Shown piece by piece: positions 62,649-64,000 of a stretch of 64,000 bases of DNA. A program made the translations under genes and the position numbers. The notes under the pieces were generated by a model. It saw only the letters and a list, made by a program, of their open reading frames with translations, searched no databases and had not been told where the DNA came from. This stretch comes from Ardenticatenia bacterium (lineage in GTDB: Bacteria > Chloroflexota > Anaerolineae > 4572-78 > NAK82), in contig QEXY01000108.1 in NCBI GenBank assembly GCA_003130875.1, positions 3,806 through 67,805 on the forward strand. The letters run 5' to 3'. Each line of letters begins with the position of its first letter. The first letter of the stretch is position 1.

Positions 62649-62984
62649 ATGAAGCACATACCGTTGCGCACGTGTGTCGCCTGCCGTGCGGTGCGCGCAA
62701 AACGTGAGCTCATCCGGATTGTGCGCACACCAGAGGGGCGCATTTGTGTTGACAGCACAGGCAAAATGAACGGTCGAGGTGCCTATCTCTGTCGCAAGCG
62801 ACGTTGCTGGCAAAGTGCGATCGGCGACTCGCCTCGTCAGTTCGCCCGCAGCCGCTTGATAGCAGCGCTGCACGCTGTGCCGGATGAGGAGGCGTGGTCT
62901 ACGCTGCATGCATATGCCCAGCAGCTGTCGGATGAGGTCGAGACAAATCTCGAACCACACTATACAGGGGTCAAAGGCGCATGA
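62649..62984 (+). CDS. ylxR: YlxR/RnpM (DUF448) family RNA-binding protein
   Basis: MKHIPLRTCVACR..KRELIRIV..GRGAYLC, plus the conserved nusA-ylxR-infB position. Confidence 0.85.
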   Translation: MKHIPLRTCVACRAVRAKRELIRIVRTPEGRICVDSTGKMNGRGAYLCRKRRCWQSAIGDSPRQFARSRLIAALHAVPDEEAWSTLHAYAQQLSDEVETNLEPHYTGVKGA

Positions 62985-63379
62985 GAGCTTCCAGGGGGCA
63001 GCGGAAAGGGTTGATCCACCGCTCTGCTCCCCGAAGCGGACGGCATTGATCGAGTGTGACAGACCGGAAGAGCAACACCAAAGTGCATAGCGTGATGATT
63101 TTGGCGGGATCGGGAGGACGGCAATGATGGCCGAGGAAGCTTGAAGATTTAAGCACGAGAACTTCCCCCACGCAAAAACTGCCTGCCCTCCCTTCCCCCC
63201 GCGACAGCTGAGTGACAATATCCGATCTGTCGGTTTTCTGTGCTGAGATCTGCGATGACCTGCTCGACCTGGCGGCAGGGATCTCCGGTCGAGATGTGGA
63301 CGGAGCCTGCACCTACGCAGGTTCAAAGGTACAGGTATGTGGCGGTGCACAATATCACCGCTAGAATGAGGAGGTTGGT

Positions 63380-64000
63380 ATGGGTAGAAACCAGGCGAAA
63401 GTGGCACAAGCGCGAGTGTCACAAGTGCAAGCACCACAAGCACCATCTGCCGAAGTACGCGCGGCTGAATCCCGCACGATTCGCGTGCCTTCCAGCTTGA
63501 CGGTGCGGGAGCTGGCCAACTTGATGCGCGTGAGCCCCATCGACGTGATCAAGCAGCTGATGAACAACGGCATCATGGCCACCATCAACCAGCAGATCGA
63601 CTTCGACACGGCAGCGATTGTGGCCAGCGACATGGGCTTTGAGGTGTTGCCCGAAGCACCCAGCGAGCCGACATCGACGCCGACCACGACAACCGACGTA
63701 CCAGCACGCGATCGTTTCATCGCGGATGAGGATCCCAGCAAACTGAAGCCCCGGCCGCCCGTCGTGGCTGTGCTGGGCCATGTGGACCACGGTAAGACAA
63801 CCTTGTTGGACCGCATTCGCGCTACGAATGTCACTGCAGAGGAAGCGGGTGGAATCACCCAACACATCGGCGCCTATCAGGTGACGGTTGGGGGACGCAA
63901 AATCACCTTTCTGGACACCCCTGGACACGAAGCTTTCACGGCAATGCGTGCGCGGGGTGCTCAGGTCACCGACCTGGTCATCTTAGTCGTTGCTGCCGAT
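63380..64000 (+). CDS. infB: Translation initiation factor IF-2 (5' part; runs off the window)
   Basis: ATG 63380 behind GGAGG. Hand translation gives ..[23 protein letters not shown].. then the G-domain [25 protein letters not shown]. It is absent from the ORF track because it has no in-window stop. Confidence 0.9.
   Translation, partial: MGRNQAKVAQARVSQVQAPQAPSAEVRAAESRTIRVPSSLTVRELANLMRVSPIDVIKQLMNNGIMATINQQIDFDTAAIVASDMGFEVLPEAPSEPTSTPTTTTDVPARDRFIADEDPSKLKPRPPVVAVLGHVDHGKTTLLDRIRATNVTAEEAGGITQHIGAYQVTVGGRKITFLDTPGHEAFTAMRARGAQVTDLVILVVAAD

Noticed and set aside
62985-63379. 395-nt gap between ylxR and infB, where an L7Ae-like ylxQ gene often sits
   Set aside because: No frame gives an L7Ae-like translation or an ORF of suitable length. 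Only a short 7-bp hairpin was seen, so I treat it as a leader/spacer.

Overview
GC-rich (by eye) bacterial chromosomal segment, densely coding, with many 4-nt ATGA start/stop overlaps. Gene content suggests a Chloroflexota-like monoderm; this is inference with no search run. The evidence is many giant GT-C-type membrane glycosyltransferase-like proteins, two FemAB paralogues, a LysM-anchored solute-binding protein and a short IF-2 N-terminus. Housekeeping content: surE, pcm, an M24 peptidase, a CE4 deacetylase, a liv-type ABC operon, parAB, tRNA-Val(CAC), sufC/sufBD, a Zn/Cd-type P1B ATPase, cinA/pncC, and nusA-ylxR-infB. Points worth a second look: (1) a two-gene CHAT (caspase-like) protease cassette whose 574-aa partner I cannot assign to any family; (2) an AT-richer islet holding a three-gene, translationally coupled operon (TIGR04255-like / unknown / HEPN-like) in which both outer genes are inactivated; (3) a 90-bp MITE-like element in three copies, with 15-bp terminal inverted repeats and 7-bp target-site duplications on two copies; (4) a candidate ~95-nt sRNA beside four 11-nt phased direct repeats; (5) a recurrent ~125-aa C-terminal domain present in seven copies on five GT-C-like membrane proteins in two clusters; (6) a 921-aa solute-binding protein fusing a CXXCH domain, a family-3 SBP and a family-5 SBP, heading a chimeric ABC operon. 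All family names are from my own reading of the translations. No database search, fold prediction or statistics were run.
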